NCBI GenBank assembly: GCA_040765985.1
Contig: JAXGRK010000001.1
Span: forward strand, 8,513-72,512
Reading direction: 5' to 3'
Source: Candidatus Dojkabacteria bacterium
GTDB taxonomy: Bacteria; Patescibacteriota; Dojkabacteria; SC72
Length of the DNA stretch: 64,000 bases
Made by a program: the position numbers and the translations under genes. This document shows, piece after piece, positions 1 to 12,093 of the stretch; within the stretch, counting starts at the first letter, position 1, and each line of letters opens with the position of its first letter. The notes under the pieces are model-generated. The model was not told the origin of the DNA. It saw nothing but the letters and a program-made list of their open reading frames with translations, and did no database searches.

Positions 1-2523
1 CTCAGAGTTTTTAGCTAAAAATAACGGAAACTGATATCCATTTAAAGATACCTCTTTATCAGTTTCCTTGTTGCTAAGTACTTCTCCTCTAATTTCATTA
101 TCTTTCGAAAACATTTTTTCCTGTTCAAAACTTTCTAATATCTCATTGGCTCTTTTAATAACTTTATCCGGTAATCCAGCCATTTTAGCAACATATATAC
201 CGTAGCTTCTATCAGTGCCTCCCTGTACAATCTTTCTTAAAAAGATAACTGTTCCTTCGGTTAGATCCTCTTCAACCAACACATTGTAATTCTTCACTTT
301 ATCTGGAATCTTTTCTGATAACTTTAAAAGCTCGTGGTAATGTGTTGCAAATAAAGTTCTTGCTTTAATATCAGTAACTAAGTATTCCGCTAAAGCCCAA
401 GCAATACTAACCCCATCGTAGGTACTGGTACCTCTACCGACTTCATCTAGTACTATCAAGCTGTATTTGGTAGCATTATTAACAATATTCGCTGCCTCAT
501 CCATCTCTACCATAAAGGTACTTCTACCTCGAGATAGATCATCTGATGCTCCAACTCTTGTAAATATTCTATCAACTATTGAAAGATCCATATTTTTAGC
601 AGGTACATAACAACCTATCTGTGCTAATAGAACTAAACTTGCTACTTGTCGTATATATGTAGATTTACCAGACATATTAGGACCAGTTAAAATAGACATA
701 GAGTTTTTATTAAAATCAAGGTAGGTATCATTTGAAATAAATTCTTCATCGTTTATTCTCTCTACAATTGGGTGTCTTCCTTGTTCAATTTTAATCAAAC
801 CCTCCTTCTCACCCATATCGAATATGTTTGGTTTACAGTAATCTCTTTCTATTGCAATTTTAGCAAAGCCAGATAGTATATCTATAAATGATATATATTC
901 TGACAAATCTTGAAGTTCTTTAATATATTCAATCAAAGATTCTCTAAACTCGGTAAACAGTTTGTATTCTAACCCATTTAGTTTCTCTTGAGCGTTAAGG
1001 ATGATATCTTCTTTCTGTTTTAACTCTTCTGTAATATATCTCTCACAGTTAACCAATGTTTGTTTTCTAATATATCTATCTGGGACTTTTTCTTGCTGGG
1101 CTTTAGTGACCTCAATATAGTAACCAAATACTCTATTAAAACCAATCTTTAAACTGTTGATTCCTGTCTCTTTCTTCTCATCTTCTTCAAATGTTTTGAT
1201 CCATCCCTTACTATCACCAGTCAAACTCCTTAATTCTTCTACTTCTTTGTTGTATGAAGATTTAATAATGCCACCTTCGAGTATAGTTGGAGGAGGAGTA
1301 TCTACAATACAATCATCTATTTGCTTTATTAATTTTTCAAGTACCAAGTCATATTTCGCCAACTCATTACTTATTTCTAAGAAATTTGACACCTCATTTC
1401 GTAAAAGATTAATATTTTCTAAAGAATTTTGAAGTGCTTTAATATCTCTTCCATTTGCTCTCCCTAAACCGATCTTTCCAGTAATTCTACTAATATCATT
1501 TACATTAGATAATAAATCTTTCACCTTATACACACTATTACTATTCGAAACAAACAAATCAATGATATTTAGTCTATCGTTAATCTCTTTTTTATCAATT
1601 AAAGGATTAAGCATCCATGAATACAAGGTTCTTTTACCCATCTGAGTACTGGTTTCATCTATAACAGAAAAAAGAGAACCCGAGATATCACCTGTATAAC
1701 CATTAGAGATAAGCTCAAGATTTCTAATGGTAGCCCTATCTAAAATCATATTAGAAGTTAAGTTCCTTCTTTTTGGTTTTTTGATATGAGATGGCTCCAT
1801 TAACTGGGTTTCTTGAATGTGTTTAATAACCATAGCTATTGCACAAATGCTTACATCTTTACCCTCTAAACCAAGAGCTTGAACATTTGAAATATCAAAG
1901 AATTCTTTAATTAGTTCCTCTGAATATTTTTCATTCTGTAATGTTTTTGGTAGAAATTGGATTGGGAGAGTAGGGAAGTGTAGCTCTTTTTCGTTCTCTA
2001 AAAGCAGTATCTCAACAGGGTCATAAGAGGAAAGAACTGTTTCTATATTCTTTGGAGAGTACTTCATTTCAATCCATATAAATTCTCCTGTGGTAATATC
2101 ACATATTGATACACCCAAAGAATCTTTAGCTTTGCAAAAAGCACACATGTAGTTGCTCTTTACAGAATCAGAGATATCCATTGTCGCAGGAGTAATGATT
2201 CTAGTAACACCCCTTTTGACAATCCCTTTAGCCAACTTGGGATCTTCTAATTGGTCAACTATTACAACACAGTATCCTGCTTTAACTAATTTCGGAAGAT
2301 ATTGATCAATTGCTTTGTGAGGAAAACCAGCTAACGGAGTTGCATTGCTATTTTTATCTCTAGCAGTTAAAGTGATATTTAATGCCTTAGAGGATATCTT
2401 AGCATCCTCACCAAAGGTTTCATAAAAATCACCCATTCTAAAAAGTACTATTTTATCAGGATACTGTTTCTTAAAACGAATATACTGATCCATCATTGGC
2501 GTTTGTTTAATATCAGGTTCCAT
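1..2523 (-). CDS. mutS: DNA mismatch repair protein MutS; the C-terminal end runs off the left window edge
   Basis: Own translation of the minus strand from the ATG at 2523-2521 gives MEPDIKQTPMMDQYIRFKKQYPDKIVLFRMGDFYETFGEDA. Walker A TGPNMSGKSTYIRQ, LDEVGRGTSTYDG and FATHYHEL lie further down. The frame stays open to position 1, so it has no in-window stop and is absent from the ORF track. Confidence 0.95.
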   Translation of the reverse strand, partial: MEPDIKQTPMMDQYIRFKKQYPDKIVLFRMGDFYETFGEDAKISSKALNITLTARDKNSNATPLAGFPHKAIDQYLPKLVKAGYCVVIVDQLEDPKLAKGIVKRGVTRIITPATMDISDSVKSNYMCAFCKAKDSLGVSICDITTGEFIWIEMKYSPKNIETVLSSYDPVEILLLENEKELHFPTLPIQFLPKTLQNEKYSEELIKEFFDISNVQALGLEGKDVSICAIAMVIKHIQETQLMEPSHIKKPKRRNLTSNMILDRATIRNLELISNGYTGDISGSLFSVIDETSTQMGKRTLYSWMLNPLIDKKEINDRLNIIDLFVSNSNSVYKVKDLLSNVNDISRITGKIGLGRANGRDIKALQNSLENINLLRNEVSNFLEISNELAKYDLVLEKLIKQIDDCIVDTPPPTILEGGIIKSSYNKEVEELRSLTGDSKGWIKTFEEDEKKETGINSLKIGFNRVFGYYIEVTKAQQEKVPDRYIRKQTLVNCERYITEELKQKEDIILNAQEKLNGLEYKLFTEFRESLIEYIKELQDLSEYISFIDILSGFAKIAIERDYCKPNIFDMGEKEGLIKIEQGRHPIVERINDEEFISNDTYLDFNKNSMSILTGPNMSGKSTYIRQVASLVLLAQIGCYVPAKNMDLSIVDRIFTRVGASDDLSRGRSTFMVEMDEAANIVNNATKYSLIVLDEVGRGTSTYDGVSIAWALAEYLVTDIKARTLFATHYHELLKLSEKIPDKVKNYNVLVEEDLTEGTVIFLRKIVQGGTDRSYGIYVAKMAGLPDKVIKRANEILESFEQEKMFSKDNEIRGEVLSNKETDKEVSLNGYQFPLFLAKNSE

Positions 2524-2575
2524 TCCCTATTATACAGAAGAATGCATAGTGAAAACTATATGCCTTTGAAAAGAT

Positions 2576-5133
2576 TTACTTTTTCCCAAGAATTATTTTC
2601 GATTCTTCTTCAGATACTAACCTTCTCATATCCTTAATAGTTTTTGGCATTACAGAGACTCCGTAAACACCCTTTCTAACACTGTATCTTACAAGTTCCG
2701 GACTGTCATCACAAAGGACAACAATCTCTTTGGAAGGGGATTTAGAAATATCACACACTGTATCTACTACTTTAAGAGAGTTACCAATTCCTAAATCATA
2801 CTTTCCTTTGGTATCATCAAACTTGTTTCCTTGCATTACTCTAATGATTCTAGGCATATCTATGATTAGTCCATCAATCTTCGAACCAAGTATCTCATCT
2901 GCGAGGATAATATCTGTTGGGTTATCAAGTATTGCATAGATTCTAAATGATGCAGTTCTTCTAAAACCACCTGCTAAAAGTGCCTTCTTGAAAAGATTCA
3001 TAGAAGATACATTCATTGGAGCATAGATACCGATATCCACATTTCTTCTTTTGTTAATATTTCTTACTCTAAGTAATATTTTAATAACTCTACTTAGTAA
3101 CTCTCTATTGGAAAGATAGTGGGCAAGACCATGTACAGAATCATCTATTTCCGAATTTTCAAATTGTTTTCCTTTAGTAAGTGATCTAAAACTAGATACT
3201 CTTAAAGACCCAAGAGCAAGTACTACTTGATTACCCTCGGCCAAATCAACATATTCACATATCTTGTCTCCAATCTGTTTGGAGTATTCTACAAACTTTT
3301 TCTCCTCAACATACGCAAGTAAATGCCTTCCATTCTCAAAAAGAATTTTATCTAAATCTACATAGACAAGTCCATGGGAATTTCCCACTAAATCAACAAT
3401 CGTTTCTTTCTCATCTTGTGGATTGATAAAGACCTTAGTAGCACATGGTGGCAAATTCATATCATGAGGAATCTTGTATTGTTCACCGGTATTTATTTCG
3501 GTTTCTTGAGTTTTCTCTTGTTCATTCTTAAGCAAATCAATTCCTGAAAGAGTTTCTTCTTTGTATGCTTGTATAACTGGATGAGTAGGGGACTGCTCTG
3601 TTTCTTTCTCAACATATATACTTCCCGTATTCCCATCTAACCTTACTAACTGGCCATTTTTAACATAGACGAGGCATTTACTGCACCAACAACGGCAGGG
3701 ATATCAAATTCTCTACACAATATTGCGATATCACTAGTTATACCTCCACTTTCTAATATTACACCCCAGAATTAATTGATTAGAGATTCCATATCTGAGA
3801 AGTACTCTTTTATTAACAGTATGTCCTTTTATTTATACCTTCCAAACTGCTTTTATTCACAACCTTAACACTTCCAACTACGACACCAAAACTTGCCCCA
3901 AGACCTTTGATTAGAAAATCATCAATATTACTTACCTGTTTATTTTCTTCCTCCTTTTCTTTTCTAATTGTACCTCTAGCAACACTAATCAACTTTTCAA
4001 TCAACGGACTATATTCATGTTTATTTCCTGAACAATTTTTTGTGCATTTTGTAGTGTCTTATCATCCAATCTCCCTATACCTTGGTATTTTTCTAAGCAC
4101 CATTTTAAAACCTCTCCAGAGTATCAAAGCTCTTGGCATTTCCTATGCTTTGGCTAAGTACATATCTTTCATACAAGTCTTTGCTCTGCAACACCCATAC
4201 CTTTCCTCCAGACATCACCCACTCAATATTCTGAGCTCGTCTTAATTTGTTTTCAACAATTAAAGATATTTTAGCTATTTCTCTTAGATATCCATCATCT
4301 ACTTTCTGACGATGACTCCATGCAGTAGATATTTTTACTTTCTCAGTACCATCTTTGTTGTTTTGATTCTTGTTAACAACTCTAATTTTCATCAATCCTG
4401 AGGCGAAATTTTTTTCTCTAATACAGATAAATCTCTTTTGTTCAAAAGATATGTATCAGGAGTTAGCTCTCTAAAGATATGGTATCCCTAACCCGAATAC
4501 TGCCTCTACACTCAATTTGGATTGATCCTGAGTGATAGGGTCAACAGTAAAAGCAACACCCGACACCTCTGCTTGAATCATCTTTTGTACAACAACTCCA
4601 AGTTTTACATCTGCCAGATTTATACCCTTAGAAGATGCGTAAGCAACATCATCTGTAAGCAAAGAGGCGTATATTCTTTTAACAGATTCCAGTAATTTTT
4701 TTCCTCCTCTTACATTTAACTCCGTAGAGAAAATCCCTGAGAAAGAAACTTCAGGATTAGAAGGAAATATTACAGATGATCGTACGGATACCCAGGCATC
4801 CGTAAATCCAGAAATTCTTGCATATGCAGACACAATATCTTCAATCTCCTCTATTTCAAATTCAGTTTTAAGTAATGATTTTAATACCTCGGATTGATCA
4901 GGATTATCCTCTTTTTCAAAAAGAGATTTGGCATCTCTAGAAAGAGTTCTTGAAATGAAGTTTTCAAAAACAGAAGACGAAATCACAAAGAAATCTGGTA
5001 TTGGAATATCCATATCCTTTAACTCAAAAAGCGAGAGACCCTTTCTTCCTATTGTAGACTCTTTTAATTTAGAGTAAACATGGTCCTCCCAGAAGTAAAC
5101 AGATCTTTTCTTTTGTGATGTAATATCAGACAT
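2576..5133 (-). CDS. PEP-utilising enzyme (phosphoenolpyruvate synthase / pyruvate,water dikinase-like); reading frame interrupted several times
   Basis: The domains are collinear but split across frames. 4471-5133 is the ATP-grasp PPDK_N-like N-terminus. 4105-4395 reads NIEWVMSGGKVWVLQSK. 3813-4004 reads GLGASFGVVVGSVKVV. An untracked segment at ~3660-3760 reads ESGGITSDIAILCREFDIPAVVGA (swivel domain). 2576-3535 is the PEP-utilizer TIM-barrel C-domain. Confidence 0.8.
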
Positions 5134-5169
5134 CTCGGGCAGAGTGTATTAAGATTAAATTCAAAATAC

Positions 5170-6324
5170 TTAACTAATGCTACCTTTCGCCTCGATTTTT
5201 TGCAAGTCAACATAAAACTCATAGCATATTTTCCCTATTACAATAGCAGGGACAGAAAGAATTGCACCCCATACTCCGAAGAGTATTAGGAAGATAATTG
5301 CAGAAAAAAGTACTAACATCGGCTTAACTCCAGCTGCACCTGCCATTACTTTAGGAATAATGAAATTGTTTTCTAACTGTTGATACACCATGAAGATTAG
5401 TAAGATAATAACTGCCGGAATAGGGCCTTTTGTAATTAAAACAATTAAAAGTGGTGGAATAGAGGCGACAGTTGCCCCTAGCGAAGGAATTGCGGAAAAC
5501 AACGCTCTCAATACAGCCATTGGTAATGCAAAGGGAACTCCAAATATCATCAAAATTACACCTAATACTGTCCCTGCAATAGTACTTACTACTGCCTGGC
5601 CTAAAAGCCAACTACCTAATTTACCCTCTAAATCAAGTACCAATTTTTTTACTCTGTTTCTTTTTTCATCTGCAGTAATTCTAATTAAACCAAAATCTAA
5701 TATTTTGTTATGATCAATAACTAAATAAACGGAAAAAATTAGAGATGCAGAGACAAGAGAAACCCAACCAAATACCCCACCCAATGTTGAAGCCATACTC
5801 TCGAAGCTATCTACGGAGGTAAATTTTTCAAACCAATTTAACATTGCCCTATACACTGTATTAGAATCAATTTTTACTTCACCAAACTCTATAGCAGAGA
5901 TATTTGAGGTAAAACTTTTTACCCATACTGGAATACTCGCGGAAAGGTTATCAACTTGGTTGATAAAAGGAATAACTATTACAGCAATAATCCCAAACAT
6001 TAGTAATACTCCAACAATATATGTTATTGCAATAGATAAGTTTCTAGATATTTTTCGTTTTTGTAACCAATTTATAACGGGCAAAACAGAAGACATGATT
6101 ACAACACTTAAAAAGAGAAAGACTGCTATAGAGATAAGCTGTTGACCAAAATATATTAGACCTAATATTCCCAATACTGTAATTATCAACTTCCAAGAAA
6201 ACTCGACTACAAATATCGGTTTTTCATCTTTTTTTGAGTCAGTATTTTTTTTAAATTCGTTTATTTCAGTCATATTACTGTTTTCCTTTTTCCTATTTTC
6301 ATTTATATTCAATATTTTTATCAT
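5170..6324 (-). CDS. AI-2E family transporter (PerM/UPF0118-like membrane protein)
   Basis: 384-aa ORF with multiple TM helices and the C-terminal pattern MVYQQLENNFIIPKVMAGAAGVKPMLVLFSAI typical of the family. The true start may be the internal MTEINEF. Confidence 0.85.
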   Translation of the reverse strand: MIKILNINENRKKENSNMTEINEFKKNTDSKKDEKPIFVVEFSWKLIITVLGILGLIYFGQQLISIAVFLFLSVVIMSSVLPVINWLQKRKISRNLSIAITYIVGVLLMFGIIAVIVIPFINQVDNLSASIPVWVKSFTSNISAIEFGEVKIDSNTVYRAMLNWFEKFTSVDSFESMASTLGGVFGWVSLVSASLIFSVYLVIDHNKILDFGLIRITADEKRNRVKKLVLDLEGKLGSWLLGQAVVSTIAGTVLGVILMIFGVPFALPMAVLRALFSAIPSLGATVASIPPLLIVLITKGPIPAVIILLIFMVYQQLENNFIIPKVMAGAAGVKPMLVLFSAIIFLILFGVWGAILSVPAIVIGKICYEFYVDLQKIEAKGSIS

Positions 6325-6375
6325 AAATATCTAAATTCCAATATATATCTTATTATTATATCAACTATTATTAAA

Positions 6376-7470
6376 CTATACAGTATTCTTTTTAAAATTA
6401 CTCATTGGGATTAATTTAGCAGCTACTATCGAAGATATCGGAACAACTAATAAAATACCTATACTTGAAGTAATAGTTCGAACAATCTCTTCAGCAATAA
6501 AATCAATTTTTAAAATATTTCCTACACCACCACTGCTGTATGTAAGCAGCATTACGACTGCCAAACTAGAACCAGCATAAGCAATAAAGAGGGTATTTAT
6601 CATAGAGGATATATGGTCTCTTCCAATATTCATTGCTTGAGTATATAACTCCTTTGTAGTTAATTGATTATTTGCTCTATATAACTCTTGTATAGCAGAT
6701 ACTTGACTCATTACAACATCATCTAACACACCCATAGCACCAATTAAAATACTGATAAAAAACAAATCTCCTAAATTAACAGTACCCTCGGTTTGACTAA
6801 AAAGTAAGAAGGCCTCCTCACTTCCAGAACCATCTACATTAACTATATTGCCAAATACTTTTGCAAAAAGGCCAACAAAAAGTATTCCAATAATCGTTGA
6901 TATAACAGCTACTGTACTTTTTCTATTTAACCCATGAGATGCATACATAATTACAACAAGTGTAACTAGTACCGTAGATATCCCTATAAATATTACATCT
7001 GAACCATTGAGTATTTTAGGAACAGCCCATACATAAAGAACAAAAATTGTAAAAGCCAAACTAATTAAAGATCCCAACCCTTGTTTTCTACCAATAATTA
7101 GAGCAAAAAAAGAAAAATACTACAAGAAGTAAAATCGATGAGTTACGATCATACCCTGTTACACTCCATTCTTCATTCCCAAATTCATCACTTAAAAAGA
7201 TACAAACACCTTATCTCCTTCAAGAAATTTTGATTTTCCTGTTTCTGAAAGAATAGGGGACATAATTTCCTCTTTGCCAGAATCAGAAAGTTTTACAGTA
7301 TATTGAAAACATGTATATGTTTGTTCAAACTGTTCTGAGCAAGGTACTTGTTTAATATCTGCAATAACTCCTTTAAAAGATTCTTCATTTTGCTGAGCGA
7401 ATACTCTTAATGGTAAAAGGAAGAGAAAGGAATAGACCAATATCAATATTAGTAATAACTTTTTATTCAT
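6376..7470 (-). CDS. YibE/F family membrane protein, split by two homopolymer frameshifts
   Basis: ORF 7192-7470 (signal peptide MNKKLLLILILVYSFLF plus the N-domain) continues as LSDEFGNEEWSVTGYDRNSSILLLVVFFFF..ALIIGRKQGLGS into ORF 6376-7077 once T-runs near 7195 and 7105 are corrected. The core reads GAMGVLDDVVMSQVSAIQEL. Confidence 0.75.
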
Positions 7471-7538
7471 ACTTTTTATTATACAAGAAAAAGAGAGGTT
7501 TTCACCTCTCTTAATTCTTAATCCAATATCAAAGCAAC

Positions 7539-8397
7539 CTATCTTTTGTTTTTTAAGTATACAACTGTAGAGCTACTCATAAATGCTATCAAAGCAAGTA
7601 ATCCAAACAACATCATTAAGTTGTTACCTATCAATTCATCAAATGTCCCCGCTGCTTGTGGAATATTTTCATCTATTACAGCATCCTCGTTAACACTTCC
7701 CGTAGGAAGTAAGTTACTCTTACTTTCTCATCAAGTAAAGTTTCATTTCCAGCTAAATCAGTTATATATATTGAGAAAACATCTTACCCTCATCTAACTG
7801 TATCCCCTCTATTCTAAAAGCTCCATCTTTATCTGAAAGTCCACCAAAACTCTCAGTACCTCTTTTTACCTCAATTGTTGCATTGGGTTCTGTTGTACCC
7901 AATAAAATGTATGTATCCTTGTTCGTTTCTTCTCCGTATTTAAGCGTTACAGTATCCTGATTTGGTGAAGTTCTATCGATTACTCCAGTCATTATATCTG
8001 ATTTTGAAGATATATTTCTATTTGGGAACCCTTAACACCCGCTACAGAAAAATTATAACTACCTTCATCCTCTGCGATATATTCATAGGAGAACTTTGAA
8101 TCATCATCTACTTTAACATCTCCAAACTTTTCATCACCTAAAAATATGAAAACATTATCATATCCAGCAGCACTACCTTTAATTAAGATTTTATCTCCAT
8201 TAGTTAGTAGATGTAATTTCTTCTAATTTTGGTGATTCTAAAGTTGATCGAGTAGGGTTCTTCTCTAAATTTAATATATGAAAAATACCGAAAGCAACCA
8301 AAAGTACTCCTAAACCAATGAATACAGAACCCACCAATCTAGAAATTCTCTCTTGATTTGCAGGTACGGGTTGTTTAATCTCAACTTAACTAATCAT
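7539..8397 (-). CDS. Membrane-anchored surface protein with Ig-like beta-sandwich repeats; frameshifted
   Basis: Own translation shows an N-terminal TM (LVGSVFIGLGVLLVAFGIF) and repeats such as GDKILIKGSAAGYDNVFIFLGDEKFGDVKVDDDSKFSYEY and TTEPNATIEVKRGTESFGGLSDKDGAFRIEGIQL. The C-terminus reads IPQAAGTFDELIGNNLMMLFGLLALIAFMSSSTVVYLKNKR. At least three frame breaks. Confidence 0.55.
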
Positions 8398-8548
8398 ACT
8401 TTCTTTATTTTGAGATTTTTGGCATTCTTTTTATTTTCTTTTTTCTTTGCCACTCTGACCTATATTATAATTTATATACTCATATATCATAGCATAAAAC
8501 AAAAAACAAAATAGTGCAAGATATACATTAAACTGATAAAATAATGAT

Positions 8549-9238
8549 ATGAGGAAAATATTAAAAATACTTTTGACAACAATATTAATCGCACCACTCT
8601 TGATACCAGTAGGGTACTTTGTAATTTACCCTAATTACAATAAAGTAATCGGACCTATAAAAAGATTTGATATACAAAGGAGTGCCGGGAAATAACGTTT
8701 CAAATTTTACTATGTTAGTTCCAACCCAAGACCAAATCCTTGGTCAACAGATTGAGAATCCCTTGGGAAAAAGTATAGAAGAGAGTATTGGTAAGGATAC
8801 GATATTAGATACAAAAGTTTTAGAAGCTTTAGCTACAAAAGTTCTAATCAACTCAATAGAGGTAGAAGGAAATATATTTGAGGGTTTAGATCCCAATACA
8901 ATGAATAAAGGGTTTTGGCATTTTCCTCATCTAATCTCCTGGTCAGAAAGGAAATACCGTTATCATTGGGCATCGATATGCCAAGCTACCTCCGAATAAG
9001 GATACTTTCTTTAATTTAGACAAAGTAAAAAGTAGGGGATAGAATTGAAATCTTACAATTGGATTCAAAATATACGTATATTGTAACTGAAACTAAAATC
9101 GTAGAAAAAAATGATATATCTGTCTTACAAGATTACTCTGATTACAGAATAACTTTAGTAACTTGCTCGCCTCTGTGGTCATCAGATCAAAGATTGGTAG
9201 TGATAGGTAAACTGGACAAATTATATAAAAATACATAA
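8549..9238 (+). CDS. Sortase family transpeptidase, frameshifted
   Basis: N-terminal TM MRKILKILLTTILIAPLLIPVGYF. After frame correction: GFWHFP..GNTVIIGHR (catalytic His) and YRITLVTCSPLWSSDQRLVV (TLxTC catalytic Cys). Confidence 0.8.
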
Positions 9239-9275
9239 AATACAATACTTCTTTTAATTTAAAATAGTGAATACT

Positions 9276-10304
9276 ATGCATACTAGAAAAGATATAAATG
9301 AGTTTACAACTGAATTAACTATGACTATTCCTCACGATAGTTTTAAACACTCATACGATTTAATGTTAAAAGATTACTCTAAGGATTTGGATATTAAAGG
9401 TTTTAGGAAAGGCAAAGTACTCTACAGATTTAGTTAGTGACCAAGTTAAAGAGATTGTTAAGTTTGAAACTTTTGAGAAACTAGCCCCTATGTATATAAA
9501 TACAGCAATATCAAAAGAAAAAATTAGAACAATTGCTCCCCCTATGTATAAAGAGATTCCTAAAATATTAGATGGCATAGATACATCCTTTACAATTACT
9601 GTTACAACAATGCCCAAATTTACATTGGGGAATATGAAAAAGGTGAAGGTAGAGAAAAAGAAAGAAGCTGTTTTAGAAAGTGAGATTGAAAGCGCTATAC
9701 AAGATTTAAAAACATCTCAGAAAACAAAACTAAAGAGATAAATGACCAATGGGCACAAGAGATAGGGAAAGTAATAGATGCAAAAGAAGTTAAGACATTA
9801 GACCAACTAAGAAAGAAGATTGAAAATGCCTACAGATTCAAAAAGACCACTATCAAATGCACAAGCTACAAGATGAAGCACTAAAAGCAATCCTTGAATC
9901 TAAGATTGAGATTCCTCAAGCGCTATAGATTTTGAAGCTCAAGAGAGAGAAAGATCCTTTAATGAAGATATGAAGAGCAAGGCAGTAAATATCGATGATT
10001 TTCTTAAGGCAAAATGAAATTACAATTGAAAAAATGAGAGAGCTATGGCAAGCAGATGCAAAAGAGGCAATTCAAACAGATGTGTTTCTCGCTATACGCA
10101 GATACTAAAAATGTTACAGTAACAGACGAAGAATTAGATAAAAAGGTTGAAGATATTAAAAAGCAAAGACCTGATGCAGATAAAAATATATTTAGTAACC
10201 CACAGTGGAAAGAATATATTAAAAAAGTAGAAGTGAAAGAGAAAGCATTTAGAATATTTATAGAGGAAGTACTAGGTAAAGATTTTTTAGATGAACATAA
10301 TTAA
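9276..10304 (+). CDS. tig: Trigger factor, interrupted by roughly four to five frameshifts or stops
   Basis: [19 protein letters not shown]...[10 protein letters not shown] is followed in another frame by [24 protein letters not shown], and later by the C-terminal fragment 10056-10304. It lies directly upstream of clpP, the conserved tig-clpP synteny. Confidence 0.8.
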
Positions 10305-10309
10305 AATAT

Positions 10310-10894
10310 ATGTCATTTTTAATACCAACAGTAATTGAAAAAGAAAGAGAAGGGGATAGAGCATATGATATATACTCTAGATTACTTAAAGATAGGATAA
10401 TATTTGTAGGTGGCCCTATTGAAACAGACATGGCTAACACTGTAATAGCTCAGTTACTCTTTTTAGAGAAGGAAAACCCCAATGAAGATATTCAGATGTT
10501 TATCAACTCTCCTGGAGGAGTAGTAAATGCAGGTATGGCAATATTAGATACTATGAACTATATCAAATGTGATATCTCCACGATTGCTGTAGGAGTAGCC
10601 GCATCAATGGGTTCTTTTTTACTTACACACGGTACAAAAGGGAAAAGATTTGCACTTCCAAATAGTAAGATTCATATCCATCAACCACTAGGTGGATTAG
10701 AGGGACAGGCAAGTGATATCGCTATTGAGGCAGAGGAGATATTAAAAACAAGAGAACTTCTTTACAAAATGCTATCCAAACAAACAGGTCAAAGTATTAA
10801 ACAGATAGAGAAAGATGCAGATAGAGATAAGTACTTTACAGCTCAAGAGGCAAAAGAGTATGGATTAATAGATAAGGTTATTAGTAAAAGATAG
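10310..10894 (+). CDS. clpP: ATP-dependent Clp protease proteolytic subunit ClpP
   Basis: 194-aa ORF reading [21 protein letters not shown]...[18 protein letters not shown]...AASMGSFLL...IHQPLGG, which contains the Ser-His catalytic context. Confidence 0.97.
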   Translation: MSFLIPTVIEKEREGDRAYDIYSRLLKDRIIFVGGPIETDMANTVIAQLLFLEKENPNEDIQMFINSPGGVVNAGMAILDTMNYIKCDISTIAVGVAASMGSFLLTHGTKGKRFALPNSKIHIHQPLGGLEGQASDIAIEAEEILKTRELLYKMLSKQTGQSIKQIEKDADRDKYFTAQEAKEYGLIDKVISKR

Positions 10895-10959
10895 TTTTTC
10901 ATTTGAAATTAGGATACTTTTCGGGCATACTTTAATGTATAAATCGGCTTTTTAAAAGT

Positions 10960-11972
10960 ATGCTTAAGAAAATTACATTAATAATTGGACTCTTTCTTTT
11001 ACAACTTCTCACAGCATTCCAACACCAACAGTTACTTTCAGTGTTGGAGAGGCAGAATTGACAGAGGGTATATCTTTAACAAGCACAGATAATGTTAATT
11101 GGATTACTCAGTATACGGTATTAGATAACGATACAAATGGTTTAATATCATTCTCAATATCTTCACCAAATCTATATACAACCTTTACAGAAACAACAGA
11201 TCTTTCCAGAGTAACTATTGATACATTAGCACCAAGTACCCCCATATCTTCACCAATTTCTGGTATATATGCAACAGCGCAGAGTGTCTCCCTAGCATCT
11301 ACCGGTCATTCAGTTATTCATTTTACTTTAGATGGTTCAATTCCTTCCTGTACACAGGGTAATGTATATCTACTTCCATTTGCAGTTTCTACATCTAAAA
11401 TTGTTAAATCCATAGCTTGTGATTTGGCATCCAACCAATCCTCTTTGCTTACTCTCTCGATATCAATATTCCCAGATACTTTTACCTTAGATACAACCAC
11501 CGAAGACGAGGAGGAGATTCAATTAGAAGAGAGTGAAGTCATTCAGAACATTTTAGAAACTGGAGGTGATAGTACCGAAGAAGATAAAGTGATTCCAATT
11601 TTCAAAGTAAGAATATTAGATAATAAATACAATCCCATACCAAACCTTCCTATTACAATCAATTCTAAACCTCAAACTACCAAAACAGATATAAATGGTA
11701 TAGCGGTATTTACCAATATCCCATTTGGTACTCATACATTAATATATTCATACAAAGATACACAGTATTCAGAAAAAATTAGTGCAAATGAAGAGTATAT
11801 TAAGGAGAATAACATTGTAGAGATATTAGATATTGTGACTAAAGAGGAGGGGAATATAAATACATATTTAATACCTATTGGTATTTTTGTATTTATACTC
11901 CTAATATTCATAATAGTAAGAGGGATAGTTAAAAACAAAAAGAAAATTGATAAAGAAGAGGTTTCAGTATAA
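10960..11972 (+). CDS. Secreted, C-terminally anchored surface protein; one N-terminal frameshift
   Basis: ATG at 10960 gives the signal peptide MLKKITLIIGLFLLQLLTAF and then shifts into ORF 11058-11972. It contains a carboxypeptidase-regulatory-like beta-sandwich (TDINGIAVFTNIPFGTHTLIYSY). The C-terminus is YLIPIGIFVFILLIFIIVRGIVKNKKK. Confidence 0.6.
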
Positions 11973-11988
11973 AATAATCACTGTTTAG

Positions 11989-12062
11989 GGGCGATTAGCT
12001 CAGCTGGTTAGAGCATCACATTGACATTGTGGAGGTCACAGGTTCGAGTCCCGTATCGCCCA
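11989..12062 (+). tRNA. tRNA-Val (anticodon GAC)
   Basis: Hand-folded cloverleaf. Acceptor GGGCGAT/ATCGCCC plus discriminator A; D-arm GCTC-AGCTGGTTA-GAGC; anticodon arm TCACA-TTGACAT-TGTGG; T-arm ACAGG-TTCGAGT-CCCGT with one A-C mismatch. No encoded CCA. Confidence 0.9.
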
Positions 12063-12093
12063 TTGACCTATTAAGATACCACTTGAATAGGAA

